Positions 1 to 14,356 of a stretch of 64,000 nt of DNA are shown piece after piece. The notes beneath the pieces were generated by a model, which did no database searches, was not told the origin of the DNA, and saw only the letters and a program-made list of their open reading frames with translations. Each line of letters opens with the position of its first letter. Position 1 is the first letter of the stretch. The stretch covers positions 157,728,001 to 157,792,000 of the forward strand of contig OX597817.1 of NCBI GenBank assembly GCA_951406725.2. The letters are read 5' to 3'. Both the position numbers and the translations under genes were made by a program. The DNA is from Octopus vulgaris (lineage: Eukaryota).

Positions 1-452
1 TATATATATGCATATATATATATGCATATATATATGCATATATATATACACATATATGCATATATATATATGCATATATATATATGCATATATATATATA
101 CATATATGCATATATATATACACATATATGCATATATATATATATGCATATATATACACATATATATATGCATATATATATATATATGCATATATATATA
201 TATATACATATATGCATATATATATACATATATGCATATATATATATATACATATATGCATATATATATACACACACACATATATATGTATATACATACA
301 TATATGTATATATATGTATATACATACATATATGTATATATATGTATATACATACATATATGTATATACATACATACACATAAGCGTATGTATATATGTA
401 CACACACACACACAAGCGTATGTATATATGTACGTACACACACACACACACA
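1..452. repeat. Compound (TA)n/(TGCATATA)/(CA)n microsatellite
   Basis: Directly visible low-complexity tandem repeat; overlapping YI/HT-rich ORFs are artefacts. Confidence 0.97.
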
Positions 453-984
453 GAGTCGCTGCAGTTCTGTCTCAATCAAAGAAGTTTTGTATACATTATT
501 CATGGAGCCATAAAACAGCTTCAGAAACTCACGCAACATTCAAACCTCACCTTGATAGATTCTCTTCAAAACATTCCGGACGAAGCACCTGTACTTGGTT
601 GTCCCTCAAAAATAACAACACTGATCTGAATTGGCAACGTCTCAACTGGCTAGGTATGATAAAATAAGATAGCTTTGGCATAACCCATTCTCGACAGGAA
701 CTTCTTTTATGCACACAAATGCATATACACACACATACATATACACATACATATATTTATATGTACATACACGCAAACATGTAAATATATCATCATCATC
801 ATCATGACCAGCCTTCGACTTTTTATAACTCGTGCCTGTATGGAACAAGCATATTAAATGATAATGACACACTGATACACACATGCATATACATATTATA
901 CACATGCACATAGTCATATATACTACATATACACGCATACGTATATAGACACACATACACATACATACACTCATACATTTGGCA

Positions 985-1232
985 TAGATTCTATGGCTGG
1001 AGGAACTTGGCAATATCAACCTCTTGACACACTGTACTGGGTACCACCAAAAGATGCAACCAGTGCACTGTAAAGGGTTGATATTAGGAAGGGCATCAGG
1101 CCGTAGAAACCAGGTCGGAAATGGAGACATTGGAGTAAAAAGTGATCCTCCGAACACCGTCGGATCCCATCAAACAAATCAACCCATGACAGAATCGAAA
1201 GCGGAACTAAATTTTTAATGATGATGATGACG
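985..1232 (+). mobile_element. Diverged RTE-LINE 3' tail (family D) fragment
   Basis: ttaggaagggcatc...gtagaaac...caacccatg...(gat)n resembles the tail at 17410-17580. Confidence 0.55.
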
Positions 1233-1425
1233 ACTATATACATATATAATATGTATGTGTGTGTAAATGGTTTTAGCCAGGAGCTATTGCTATACTGAGA
1301 CACTACCATAAAAAAAGGAAAGTGCACTCGCAGAGGGATCCGATCCCTCGATACCTCCGATCGCCTCTAAGGTTTAAGAGATAAAAAAAAGTCTAATGTT
1401 CTAACGGCTGAACTATGCAGGCAGA

Positions 1426-1460
<35 letters not shown>

Positions 1461-1463
<3 letters not shown>

Positions 1464-1571
1464 CTGCTCGCTTAGCCAGCGGGGTGGCGTCATTTAAAGG
1501 TTAAAACAATGCGAAACGCATTGTGACCAGCGATGTGTAGCAACATCTGATAGCCTGGTCGGTCACGGTGA
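1461..1571 (+). mobile_element. 3' fragment of SINE family A variant
   Basis: ggcctgctcgcttagccagc...gcattgtgaccagcgatgtgtagcaacatctgat...ggtcacggtgat matches 51707-51797. Confidence 0.7.
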
Positions 1572-1985
1572 TATATATATATCATCATCATCATTATCAC
1601 TATACATAATAATAAATGTAGTACACAAACAGATACATGGGTACACAATATACATATCTATACCCTATACATTGGTTTAGTTGGGTATGAATTTTGTGTT
1701 TTACGTATCACAAATCGTTTAATGCAATGGAAACACACAACTAGAGACGGCTGCAATTGCTAAGCCCAGGTGGATGGATATGTGTCGAGATATTCTCGCG
1801 TACCTAGAGTCTGAAATCTAAAGAAGAAGACACTACAAACGTGGATTGTAAGTGGAAGCAACGTCAGTTATTACATGTGTATGTGTGTGTGCGTCAATAT
1901 ATGTATATGTGTGTGTGTTTACATGTAATTGTCAAATTCGTGCAGAATGCATTGGTAAAGCATAGGACTGAAAATAAAATTTGAG

Positions 1986-2025
<40 letters not shown>

Positions 2026-2080
2026 CTTGTATGTGTAGAAACATCTACACATACAAGCTTTTTAGCTGTATCACCAAACC

Positions 2081-2843
<763 letters not shown>

Positions 2844-3903
2844 AGGCGCACACGCACAAACACAAAACATACGAAATCTCAGAGGAAAACCCTAGTTCGA
2901 TCGATTTAGTCTTTTTCAAGACACCTGATGGCCAATGTCATTTGTTGATGTCAGATGCTTTCTCTCCTTCAGTTTTCACATCTTATCGCTTCGGTCTCTT
3001 GTATTTACTTGCCACGGAGAGAGGGAACCTGTGAAAGCCACGGGCACGAGCCCTTCTTCCACATTAAAGCAACCATTAATAAATAAAAGTTGTCGGTGTA
3101 CGAGGTGCATCTTTATATGACTAAATGTAACTGTCTATCGCTATAACTCGCTCTCAAACTGTTAAGTAAATCGATTTATGCAATCAATGGCTGTTGTCAA
3201 CCACTTCGATAACAAAACACACTGAAAACTCGTCAGGGTGACAAAAGGTAGGTAAATGTCCACCTAGAACTTCTTAAGAGACACCGTCCTTTTCTACCCT
3301 TCTTTGTACTGGTATATTCAGGATTCGGCTTTCAGAAATTCGCTCGAAGACTTTCCTCATAGCTCTAATTCTTAATTAGTTTACAGAGCACTCTCAGTGA
3401 AATATATAATTCATTTTGACAAATATTGACGTACCCTGTGGAGTGGATGTCTCTATTATCCACATACGCACATAAACGATACTCGTATTCGATCTTACCC
3501 CTATAATTTGATCCCTCTGTCTCTATAAACACTTCATTTAGCAGTCTTGATACTTCATTAAATCTTTTTATCGTTTCTTACAGCCTGTCCATCTACCTAT
3601 ATCAAACACACATGGAGTACATTCTTCAGGTTGACATGACGAGGAATTGAAGACGTTCGCAGAGATATTCTGTAGTAGTTTACAATATAGTAATAATGAT
3701 TACTTACATAGCAATGATTTCCAACTTTGGTATAAAATAATAACAATAACATATACTTTACACCAGGATTAAAATGTAAACAAAGTCAAAAAGATCCCTT
3801 GGCTCCCTCAATACCTTTCAGCAACATACATATAAGGGAAATAAATAAATACAGTCGTGATTCCTTGTTTTACATTGAAAAAAAAATCTATGCATGTACT
3901 CAC

Positions 3904-4500
3904 CTTACGTGGGGCAAGGGTATTTGAAAATCCGATATATACGTATATAAATATATATGTGTGTGTGTGTGTAGAGAGAGAGAAATATGAATGTATGCAG
4001 ATCTATGTTTAAGGTGGTGGTAGTTTTATATAATGGAGAGGTTTCTGCGAGTACTTTTCGTCTCTATGTGATCAAATGAGGAAATCAAATCTCAGTATGT
4101 GTTAAGAGAAAGGCTGATAGCAGTTGTCATGTACGAAACTGGCACTAAATAATAGGGGAGGAATTGGCAGAATTCGTCTAGGCACCACCATCGATGAAAC
4201 TAAAATCCCCAAAAGTAAGACGAAGCGCCAGAACAGCAGCAAAATGACACCGGTAACTAGAGAAAGTGATCTGAGTAGAGTAACATAGGCATTCACTCCT
4301 ACTACGGTTCTTTTCTTAGTCTTTTACTCTCACTCTTCTTCCCCTACTTCTCTCTTCCTCTTTTCTCTTCGCTGCTTTCTTTCCCCCTCCGTCAATCATT
4401 TCTTCATTTCTTTCTTTCTTTCTCTCTTTATCGCGGTTTTGTAAATTTTTTTTTTATTTTCTTGTATTTATTTATGCTGTGACGTTCAATTTAACACACG
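3904..4500 (-). other. Candidate non-coding or first exon of a gene running leftwards
   Basis: Consensus donor AAG|GTGAGT on the minus strand at 3903; unique, relatively CpG-containing sequence flanked by simple repeats. The upstream boundary is a guess. Confidence 0.3.
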
Positions 4501-4710
4501 TACGCACACAAACGCAGACACACGCCCGCACACACACACACGCACGAACGCATACACACACCGATATATAAATATATATATATATATATACACATGCACA
4601 CGCTACCGTTTCTATCCATAATACCTTTTTTTCGTTCTTTCATTCAAGCATTTTCACACCAAAACCAAATCGCGCTTCTCTCTCTCTCGTTGTGTGTGTG
4701 TGTGAGTGTG

Positions 4711-5240
4711 CATACATACATACATGCAAATATACATACATACATATATACATACATACATGCATACACCCATACATACATAATACATAACACATACATA
4801 CATACATACAGACGTACGTACATACATACATACATACATACATACAGACGTACATACATGCATGCATACATACATACATACATACATACATACATACATA
4901 CATACATGCATACATACACCCATACATACATAATACATAACATATACATACATACAGACGTACGTACATACATGCATACATACATACATACATAATACAT
5001 AACATATACATACATACATACATAATACATACATGCATACATACATACATACATAATACATAACATATACATACATAATACATACATGCATACATACATA
5101 CATACGTACGTACATACATGCATGCATACATACATACATACATACACCCATAAATACATAATACATACATACATACATACATACGTACATACGTACGTAC
5201 GTACGTACGTACGTACGTACGTACGTACGTACATACACAC
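4711..5240. repeat. (CATA)n/(CGTA)n tetranucleotide microsatellite
   Basis: Directly visible. Confidence 0.97.
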
Positions 5241-6558
5241 ATAATATATTTACAAACATCCATGTATTTTTCTGAGTCTATTGATTTATTTGTCTGTCAA
5301 TCCTCTACTGTAATATAGCTATGTGAGATAAGACCTAATATTTTCTCCTCACTTCTATAGCCATTCTCTTCTCCATTTAGTTGTAGCTGTAGCTGAAGTT
5401 TTTATTTTTATTTGGTTAAATATATTTTTTTTTTAATTGAAAGCCAGTCGCAACACATATATATTCGGTGCAAATAAATATACAACGCCATACTAACAGT
5501 TAAAAAGCTGTCGATGTCAATTTTCCAATTGACTAAAGACGCCAGGGACAGAAAGGATTGAGCAATAACTGTAATTTGCATCGCAACTATTACAGCAACA
5601 GCAAAAATCGTTGGCGATATTGATGATGATGATGATGATGATGATGCACCCATATCTTTCCCCATTTGTCTTCACTATTGTCTCTCAATCCCATGATGAT
5701 GATGTTATTGATATCGTTGTTATAACAAAAGCAGTTCGACTGCATCAAGTGGTGTGAGTGTGTGAGAGAAAGAGAGTTAGAGTGGGGAGAAGAAAGACGT
5801 ACTGGGTAACGGGGAAAGTGAGGTGTGAGTGGAAGGAAAACAGAATAGAAGGAAGCAGAGATTATGGCTAAAAGGCAATATGAGACAAAGTGAAGAAGAA
5901 AAAAAAAATGAACCAAAAGAAGAAAGATGAGATATGATAGACGAGAAAGAAAATGAGGGTGAAAATTATTGAAAGAAAGGAAGGAGGAGGAAAGAACTTG
6001 CTGAGGAGATGAGTGGAAAAAATGGGTTCGAAAGCAAAAAGAAGCAGAGATGCTCGGAGAAACAAAACAAAATCAAGGAAAGCTTCTTGAATTTAATAAA
6101 TAGAATGAAATACGATGGAAAATGATGTGGAAACGGAGGGAGGAGGTAATGGAAAGAAAAAAAATGTATATATATATATATATATAAGAGAAAGAACCAG
6201 AGATACATGGTTAGACAGACATTGATGGATTGATTGTTCTCAAGAGGCAGCATTGGTGACCATGGTGAATGTTGCCCCTCGGAAACAGTAACGGTTTTTC
6301 GCCTGAAAGTGGTGAAACCGATGTGGTTGAAGTTTTGTTTGAACTTTTATAGGTTCGCTCCTGTAGGAAAGCTGTAGGTAGGGGAAATGTAGAGGTCAGC
6401 AGTTCTAGAGGGGAATATTTGGGTAAGAGGGTTGAACAGGATCTGGGATTGAGAGACAATTGTGAAGACAAATGGGGGAAGATATGGGTGCATCAGGTGG
6501 GCCGCAATCGGGATGGTAAGCTGATGAGATCTAGTAGACTGATATACATCCACCATAC

Positions 6559-6780
6559 GGCGGCGAGCTGGTAGAAACGTTAGCACGCCGGGCGAAATGT
6601 GTAGCCGTATTTCGTCTGCCGTTACGTTCTGAGTTCAAATTCCGCTGAGGTCGACTTTGCCTTTCATCCTTTCGGGGTCGATAAATTAAGTACCAGTTAT
6701 GCACTGGGGTCGATGTAATCCGTTTGTCTGTCCTTGTTTGTCCCCTCTGTGTTTAGCCCCTTGTGGGTAGTAAAGAAATA
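6559..6780 (+). mobile_element. SINE family B, full length
   Basis: ggcggcgagctgg head, gagttcaaattcc B-box, core gcctttcatcctttcggggtcgataaattaagtaccag; TSD gatatacatccacca at 6541 and 6781. Confidence 0.9.
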
Positions 6781-7642
6781 GATATACATCCACCATTATC
6801 TCTTGCTAGCAAGCAAAGATCTAACTCTCTTTTCCTAAACATTTAAACTAACTTTGAGAGAGTAATTCTTAATTTTTTGAAATTATCTCCCCCTTCCTTT
6901 GACATTCGCTAACAATTGTTGCTAGGTCTTTCTCTTCTCAACTAAGCGGGAAATTTCAATTATGACTATTTTTTTTTCTTTTTGATTGAGACATTCAATA
7001 ATATCAACCCATACTTTTATTCTTATTCAAACCATTAGCCTATTTAAGTTATTTTCCTTTTATTTTTGAAGGAGATACTGGCTCTTGTAACAATTCACAT
7101 TTTGCACGATCTTGACAGCAACTATTGAAAACTAGTTATATGTTATTCATGCGTGGCAAGAATGTAGTGCATGGCTGTTTACTTTATATCTTCTTGCTGT
7201 TGAAAGGTTGTCGTGAAAAATGGTTTTCAAACCTCTGTTCATTGAAGCAGAGCAACTCCACTGTGAGATGACTTAGTTGCATGACACGGTGAATGGAGGA
7301 TTAAGACGAAGTATGAAGAAGGTGTATCGTTTTAAGAGTGTAATTAGAAGTAATAGTATGTATACATTTATGTACAGAACAAAGAGTGTGGAACCGAACG
7401 TTAGGGTGCTCAGTGTTCATACGTGGCTGTCTTAAAAGTATTATAGACCTTCAGGTAAAGGAATGCACTAGGGGCCCTACATAGGCAATCACACAAAAGT
7501 TGATTTATCAAAACATGATTTTGTAAAAAGAAACTGAAATTTTGAAAAGAACAAAATCACTGAATAAATAAACTTCTCTTATTCAACTTCATCATGTGCC
7601 GACCATTTGGATTATTAGGACTGTTTTATCGATGGTAAACAT

Positions 7643-8030
7643 ACTCTTTACTCTTTTACTCTTTTACTTGTTCAGTCATTTGACTGCGGCCATGCTTTAG
7701 TCGAGCAAATTGACCCCGGGACTTATTCTTTGTAAGCCCAGTACTTATTTTATCAGTCTCTTTTGCCGAACCGCTAAGTGACGGGGACGTAAACACACCA
7801 GCATCGGTTGTCAAGCAATGCTAGGGGGATAAACACAGACACACAAACATATACACACACACTTATATATACATATATACGACAGGCTTCTTTCAGTTTC
7901 CGTCTACCAAATCCACCAACAAGGCATTGGTCGGCCCGAGGCTATAGTAGAAGACACTTGCCCAAGGTGCCACGCAGTGGGACTGAACCCGGAACCATGT
8001 GGCTACTTACCACACAGCCACTCCTGCGCC
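7643..8030 (-). mobile_element. SINE family C (tRNA head, CORE-like gtggcaccttgggcaagtg)
   Basis: Multi-copy in the window (20210, 21907, 31893, 38575, 40236, 54095, 57443); A/B-box-like head and (GAGTAAAA)n tail on the minus strand. Confidence 0.88.
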
Positions 8031-8632
8031 TAAACATGTTTAAGTATTGTTTACCTAAGGTAGAGTTCTATATTCACCTAGTGCCATTTTCAGTAAATTT
8101 CCTCAGTTTGGATCGCTACTGCGCAGAGGCAGGACCACAAATCTCATCGAGATTAACGGCTCATCACAAAATTAAAAATGTAAATGTTAAGTCAGATTAA
8201 ATATAGATTACTCGTGTGTTCAACACAAACGTTTGAGAAAATTTTTTTTACGGAGATTTGCTTTATGAGTTTTCTCTAGTCTTTAGGCTGTTATTTTCAA
8301 TGCACATGAGTATGTAGCGGTGTTTAGAATTGAAACCACATTAGCTCAGTAACGAGAAATAGGCCACAGCATATCAGGCAATGTTGGCGCAATTGTCAAG
8401 CAATGGTATTTCAGTTGCAATGATTCGTTTGTACGATTTCGAGTATAAACTTCCATATCTTTCCCACCAAAACTTAACTATAAATCGAGATGTGCAGCGC
8501 AACAGAAAAGTAGAGGCTTCAGAGGTCTGTGAGAGAATAAGTTTCTGAAGATGAAAAATCGCAGATGGGTGTTGGTAGTAGATTCATTAACGTGATTTCG
8601 AATTGTTACACATTGTTATTATATATTTGTTG

Positions 8633-9020
8633 GTGGAGGCGCAATGGCCCAGTGGTTAGGGCAGTGAACTCGCGGTCATAGGATCGCAGTTTCGATTCCC
8701 AGACCGGGCATTGTGAGTGTTTATTGAGCGAAAACATCTAAAGCTCCACGAGGCTCCGGCAGGGATGGTGGTGATCCCTGCTGTACTCTTTCACCACAAC
8801 TTTCTCTCACTCTTACTTCCTGTTTCTGTTGTACCTGTATTTCAAAGGGCCGGCCTTGTCACTCTCTGTGTCACGCTGAATATCCCCGAGAACTACGTTA
8901 AGGGTACACGTGTCTGTGGAGTGCTCAGCCACTTACACGTTAATTTCACGAGCAGACTGTTCCGTTGATTCGGATCAACCGGAACCCTCGTCAACGTAAC
9001 CGACGGAGTGCTTCCCATCC
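8633..9020 (+). mobile_element. SINE family A (tRNA-derived), full length
   Basis: A box tggcccagtgg, B box gtttcgattccc; 12-bp TSD atatatttgttg (8621/9021); near-identical copies at 14357 and 44590. Confidence 0.93.
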
Positions 9021-9138
9021 ATATATTTGTTGAAAGTCTCTCCGTGTGGGTGTATCACGATTTGTTAAATTGTTAATATCGTTGGATTTTCGTCAATGTT
9101 TTGTCTGCATGTTATTTGAATCTGTTTATCCTCCATAT

Positions 9139-10330
9139 ATGGGAGAAGTTGAGAAAGGAAGAGCAATGGAGAGTGGACGAAGTTACGCAGCGTCAACTAA
9201 GGCCAGGTATAAATGCCAACACCTTTGAAGTACAAGAAATAAAAATTGAGCCAAAGAAATGGAAGTAAGGAAGCAGATTGCTGGTAAAGGAAGGGGCCAA
9301 TCTAAAGCTGACTCCTCCAGAAGAATTGAGAAATAATGTGGCAAAGAAGACGGTAGTATACAGGATGTTGTCCACGTCCTCGAACAAGATTGAGGTTGCC
9401 CCGATAGAGGCAATAGAGAAGTGCCTTGAAAATGTTAAAAAGTTGACCTTTTTATACACGTGGAAGAAAATGCGGCACAATGGAAGTAAGGTTTGGCAAC
9501 TAAGAAGATATTATAAGCCACTCCACCGGAATGGGTACTTCTGCCGATGTACTGTGGCAAACGTGTTGTCAGAGTAAGAATCGGCAGAGTGCCCCCCGAA
9601 ATTAAGGAGGCATGGCTGGTGGCAGCCATAATGCACAATATGGAGGATGAGGTGAAAATCCTCACGATAACGAGAACCAAAAAGGTCAATTGGTGGGGGT
9701 ATGGCCTTGAGATGGCCATACAGGTGAGTTTAAAAAATCTATATGGCATCACAGAGGAAATCATACTGCCGGAAGACACCAGACTTCGAGTAGTAGTAGA
9801 AGATGGCCGCCAACATGTTTCCTATGTGGCAAAAAAGGGCACATGTAAGTAAGGTGCCCTCAGAAGGAAAACGAAGAGGAGGAGAAGAAAAGGGAAGAAC
9901 AAAGTGCAGAAGTGGTGATACCAGTAACAGAGACAGATAGTGGAGGAATCCTTCACAGTCATGAACAGGAGGACGAGAAAAGAACGGGAGAGATCACAGA
10001 GCCAAAAAAAAGGTTGAAAGAGATTGAGATGGAAGAGAAGAGAAACAGGTGCGAGACACCAACAGAATTAATAATGGAAGACGGCGCAGAGGCAGAAACA
10101 GCAGTACAACAAGATGTGGAAGGAGGCAGCATTTATGATTTTGTTATGCGCCTGGACAACCCAGGTCTGGAACCAAAGCAAGCGGAGGTGAAAAGGAAAA
10201 AATACAAGTGGCATATGGTCACGTATACCAAAAGTATAGCAATAGAGAAAAAGATTATAATGTATAAATCAGTAATAAGAGTAAGGCTGCCTCCAGAAAA
10301 ATACTCTGAAAAGACTTAAGGAATCATCAT
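9139..10330 (+). pseudogene. Degenerate L1/Tx1-like ORF1 (gag-like, CCHC zinc knuckle)
   Basis: Starts MGEVEKGRAMESGRSYAA; VRVRIGRVPPEI segment; frameshifted knuckle PTCFLCGKKGHM*VRCP at ~9810-9860; Glu/Lys-rich tail; putative 3' UTR to ~11080. Confidence 0.7.
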
Positions 10331-10374
10331 AGATAGAGATTTGAAAAATTGAGAGAACTGTTTGGAAGCAGCAT

Positions 10375-10717
10375 AGAGAGAATCTACCATTTGCTATGAC
10401 AGGATTCAATGACGGAAGCTCAACAATGTTTTTGTAGAACACGAAAAAAGAAAATAAATATCGCAGCATATTTGATTTGACATAAACTAAAGTATAGATT
10501 CTGGATCTATTCAGTTTCGTTCACAGATTTTTTAATTATTTTTTTTAACTAAGCACTTTGAAACTTTGTATACTGATGTAATTTCTCATGCTCAATACGG
10601 TTTACTTTCAACTGAATACATGTCATTGATTGGTTAAATTTACCCAAATACGACAACTTTAACACGAAATAACTTCTAATATCCGAAATTTTGTCAAATA
10701 TGTTGAAAATAAACTGT
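10375..10717 (+). repeat. Inverted copy of 12848-13190
   Basis: Reverse complement aligns by eye over ~340 bp with scattered mismatches. Confidence 0.9.
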
Positions 10718-11399
10718 TGGGGGTTGAAATCGAGTTTGATGAACTACCACCAGTCGTGGATTTCGAAGATCTAAAACCATCAATGAATGTTTTAAAAAAA
10801 AGCAAGTAAGAAAAATTGTTTAAAAAAAAGAAGAAAAATAGACTGTTTAAAAGTTTGAGGGAAAAAAAGAGTATAAGAATGATTATTCAATTGTACAAAT
10901 TAACTGTTAAATGGTTCTGCTTGAGAGTGGAGCTCAGTGCAACCATTTCATCATCATCGATTTCATTATACATTTTTTTCATTTTCATTCATTTTATGCT
11001 TTTTGTCCCCACTGTGGTGTTCTGTCGGCCCTTGTGTTGTCCCCTTTATGTTAAGGCCTGGGTGCTAAACAAAGAAAAGGAGAGGCTTCAGAGGTCTGGG
11101 AGAAGACAAGTTCTTTTTAGTCGCTGCTCAGCCCTAGATTAAAAGGACTCATTTATCCACTATGAACATAAAATTTTCCCACCTCTCACATTACAAATAA
11201 GTAGCTGTCTAATTCTTAGTAAAAAAAGCACAACATATATTCATGATTTTCTAATGGAAAGCCGTGGCAAGTAACCGTTGCAGTTACTGTAAAGCTTTTG
11301 CATAAATAAATGATCACATCAAAATCCGAAGTGGATGTGGTTTTGTAGAGAAAACAGCACACAACCAAAATCAGCCCAACCAAAAAACCAAAATATCAA

Positions 11400-14044
11400 T
11401 AATCCATTTCTCCGAGTTACAAGTGAAAGCCAATTCATATGCTATTGCTCCAATGTTCTACAAAGCTGATTCTTTAGGAGTTTAAGTTTTGAAAATTATT
11501 GGTCACCATCATGCATACGAACTTTCAGAATACAATTTCAACATTGGTAAATACAGATTTCAAGTTGTCCGAAATTATTTTTCTGTACAATTCAAGGAAA
11601 GTTTCATAATTTGTATTCAAGAATCATGAAGTGATTGAGATGTTCACATTCGTTTAGAAGGTCACCATAATTAAGTTGGTATTAAGCACCCACTACACTC
11701 ATGGAGTGGTTGGCGTTAGGAAGGGCATCCAGCGTTAGGAAGGGCATCCAGCCATAGAAACACTGCCAGATCTGACTGGGCCTGATGAAGCCTTCCGGCT
11801 TCACAGACCCCAGTTGAACCGTCCAACCCATGCTAGCATGGAAAACGGACGCTAAATGATGATGATGATGATGATGATTAGCCAGGTATTCACACTTTTT
11901 GTTCGGCTCATCAGAACCAATTATTTTCAATTAACTGAAAAAGTAGTACAGATTTCCCATCAATGAATAAGCTTTAGAATGTTTTATCGGTTCGGAGTTT
12001 AGAAAGTCCAGAAGTTGGAGAAATGTTTTCACCTTCAATTTTGCATTTATAATAAATGCATCCTTTTCTGATCTGTCATATCTACTTAGACACACATTTT
12101 ACTTTCTTTCGTATTCACCAACCCTTTTTTTCCTTTCATATCGCTGTAATTTGAATATTTCTTGACCTTGAATTCATATTCACTAAACATGTCTCTAAGA
12201 TAAGTTTAGTGAATATAAATTGAGAGATTCAAGAAGTATGTTCACATATTCTGATTACAAAGCCCTAATTGTTTGGTTTACTCTTCCAAGTATTATCAGA
12301 AAGATCCTTTCTAAGGTCTCTATTTTCTTATTCAATCCTTCTGCCTTTGCATTGGTTCTCCTCTTTACTATTCAGTGTCAGCTAAAATAGAAACCCATAC
12401 AAGTCTAATTTTCTCAAAATCTCTATACAGAGCTTAGTGTCAAAATATGATCTACTTCTTTCACTGCAATATCTTCTGTATCTTTTCCTGGAGATGATGT
12501 CAGAACATTCCATAAAAATTGTAGAAACAGCGATAAAAAAAAGAACATAGACGCTGAACAAACTCAAAGAATTTTACCTCCATCAAGTTCAAACTATGTG
12601 TGTCATAAGGGATGCAGATGGCGAACTAATTCAGTTGCTGGGCCCGTGATTACAATCCAGCATAATGTCCAAATGTATTTGAGACAAGATTAAATTTACT
12701 CAAAATTCTGGAATATCTAAATAGTCCCCCCACCCCCTTTTTTTTTTTGTTGCTAACTCAATAATTTGATTATCTCTACAGAATGGTAAACTGCTGGATG
12801 CAAGAAAGTGAATTACAGAAATCACAAGTATCAACAATTTAAGCCAGTACAGTTTATTTTCAACATATTTGACAAAATTTTGGATATTAGAAGTTATTTC
12901 GTGTTAAAGTTGTCGTATTTGGGTAAATTTAGCCAATCAATGACATGTATTCAGTTGAAAGTAAACCGTATTGAGCGTGAGAAATTACACCAGTATACAA
13001 AGTTTCAAAGTGCTTAGTTCAAAAAAATAATTAGAAAATCTGTGAAGGAAACTGACCAGATCCAGAATCTATACTTTAGTTTATGTCAAATCAAATATGC
13101 TGCGATATTTATTTTCTATTTTCGTGTTCTACAAAAACATTGTTGAGCTTCCGTCATTGAATCCTGTCATAGCAAATGGTAAATTCTCTCTTTGACGACA
13201 AGTAACACACAAAGCAGTACAAACAACCTCGGGATGGTGAATAGAGTAACCATTCTTGTTTGGCTCTCTTGTCATTCTGCAGATCACGTTTGAACATATT
13301 CTTTGAGAAAAAACTTGTCTGAGTTTTCTCTCCTCTAACTCCATTATACATTCCACATGAATCTGAAATGTCGCTATCGTTATTATAACACGATGACGGC
13401 TCACAACGAATCCAGTAACTCACTGTGTTAAGTCTTAATGCACCATAGTCTCAGATCTGTGAATTGGATCGCAAACTGCCTTGCTGTTGCAGATGTCTGT
13501 ATTTTCTCCAGTGGGATGTTCCCAGTAGCATGAACAGGTAAAGGAACATTGGCATATCTGCTGGAACAAGATGATTAAATGTAAGCATGGATGTAAACGG
13601 AGATGTTATGTGTGAAGGGGCAACACTGGTGGATGACGTTGCACTTATATTAAATCACGATGTTACTTTTGGAAATGTGCCATTTTTTTGGAAGCGTGCC
13701 CATTTTTTTCCTTCTATTTTGCTGCTTTTATCTTCTGTGCTTCACTTAAAACAGTACGCTTCATTTCTGTCAAAGGGTTATCCACTCGGACGTTAAAAAT
13801 ATCTAATCTAAAAGCTGTGCCAATTTACGTTGTCTAACTTCAAAGTTAAGCTAAAAATAAATTCTAAAATAAAATTAAAAATAAATTTGTTCTAAAAATT
13901 ATGAACAACAAAAATATTTATAGCTTAGTATAGTTTTTATTATCGATAGCAAGAACTACATCATACACAATTTAGTATTGGGACCCTAGAGTCGTGGAGA
14001 TTCAGAGTAGATGTCCAGTGTACACTTATTTTTAGATGGCAATG
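11400..14044 (-). mobile_element. Highly degraded hAT DNA transposon
   Basis: Minus-strand fragments: TTF-type Zn finger WLLYSPSRGCLYCFVC (~13200-13270) and dimerization-domain-like SVFTNVEIVF*KFVCMMVTN (~11495-11560); interrupted by family D (11684-11878) and a MITE half. Confidence 0.65.
11684..11878 (+). mobile_element. RTE-LINE 3' tail (family D)
   Basis: Matches 17410-17580, ends in (GAT)n; small internal duplication of gcgttaggaagggcatcca. Confidence 0.85.
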
Positions 14045-14356
14045 GGTTCGTAGAATATGAGGTACACTGCGAATGCACGTCTTGACGGGGAACGAGAACG
14101 GGAGATTGAAGGGATGAGAAAAAAGAAGGCTACGAAATCCCTATTGTTACGATCAGTGCAGGTGCCTTTGTGATGTATGTTTGCACTTGTGCCTTGAACA
14201 GTGAAAAATGGATGTTTGAGTTAAATAAGACAATTCAATGATCGGCACTTGTTTGTCGTGACAACAATCTATTTAGCTGAAACTAGAAAATAATTATTTT
14301 CACAACCAGAAAATATTCCGAGACAATTCTTTCCATAATGAATTACAACAGCAACA

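Noticed and set aside
1815-1868. Hammerhead-like hairpin (ctaaagaag...cactacaa/ttgtaagtg...gcaacgtcag); similar weak cases at ~41145-41180 and ~51405-51430
   Set aside because: Core boxes are too degenerate to call; at most old Penelope relics.
8633-8710. tRNA gene (also 14357, 44590, 51530, 32725-32862)
   Set aside because: tRNA-derived SINE heads continuing into SINE bodies, mostly with TSDs; no convincing complete cloverleaf.
8717-8968. Recurrent 83-95-aa ORF (also 14441, 44641) resembling a gene family
   Set aside because: Lies wholly within SINE A copies; recurrence reflects the repeat, not coding constraint.
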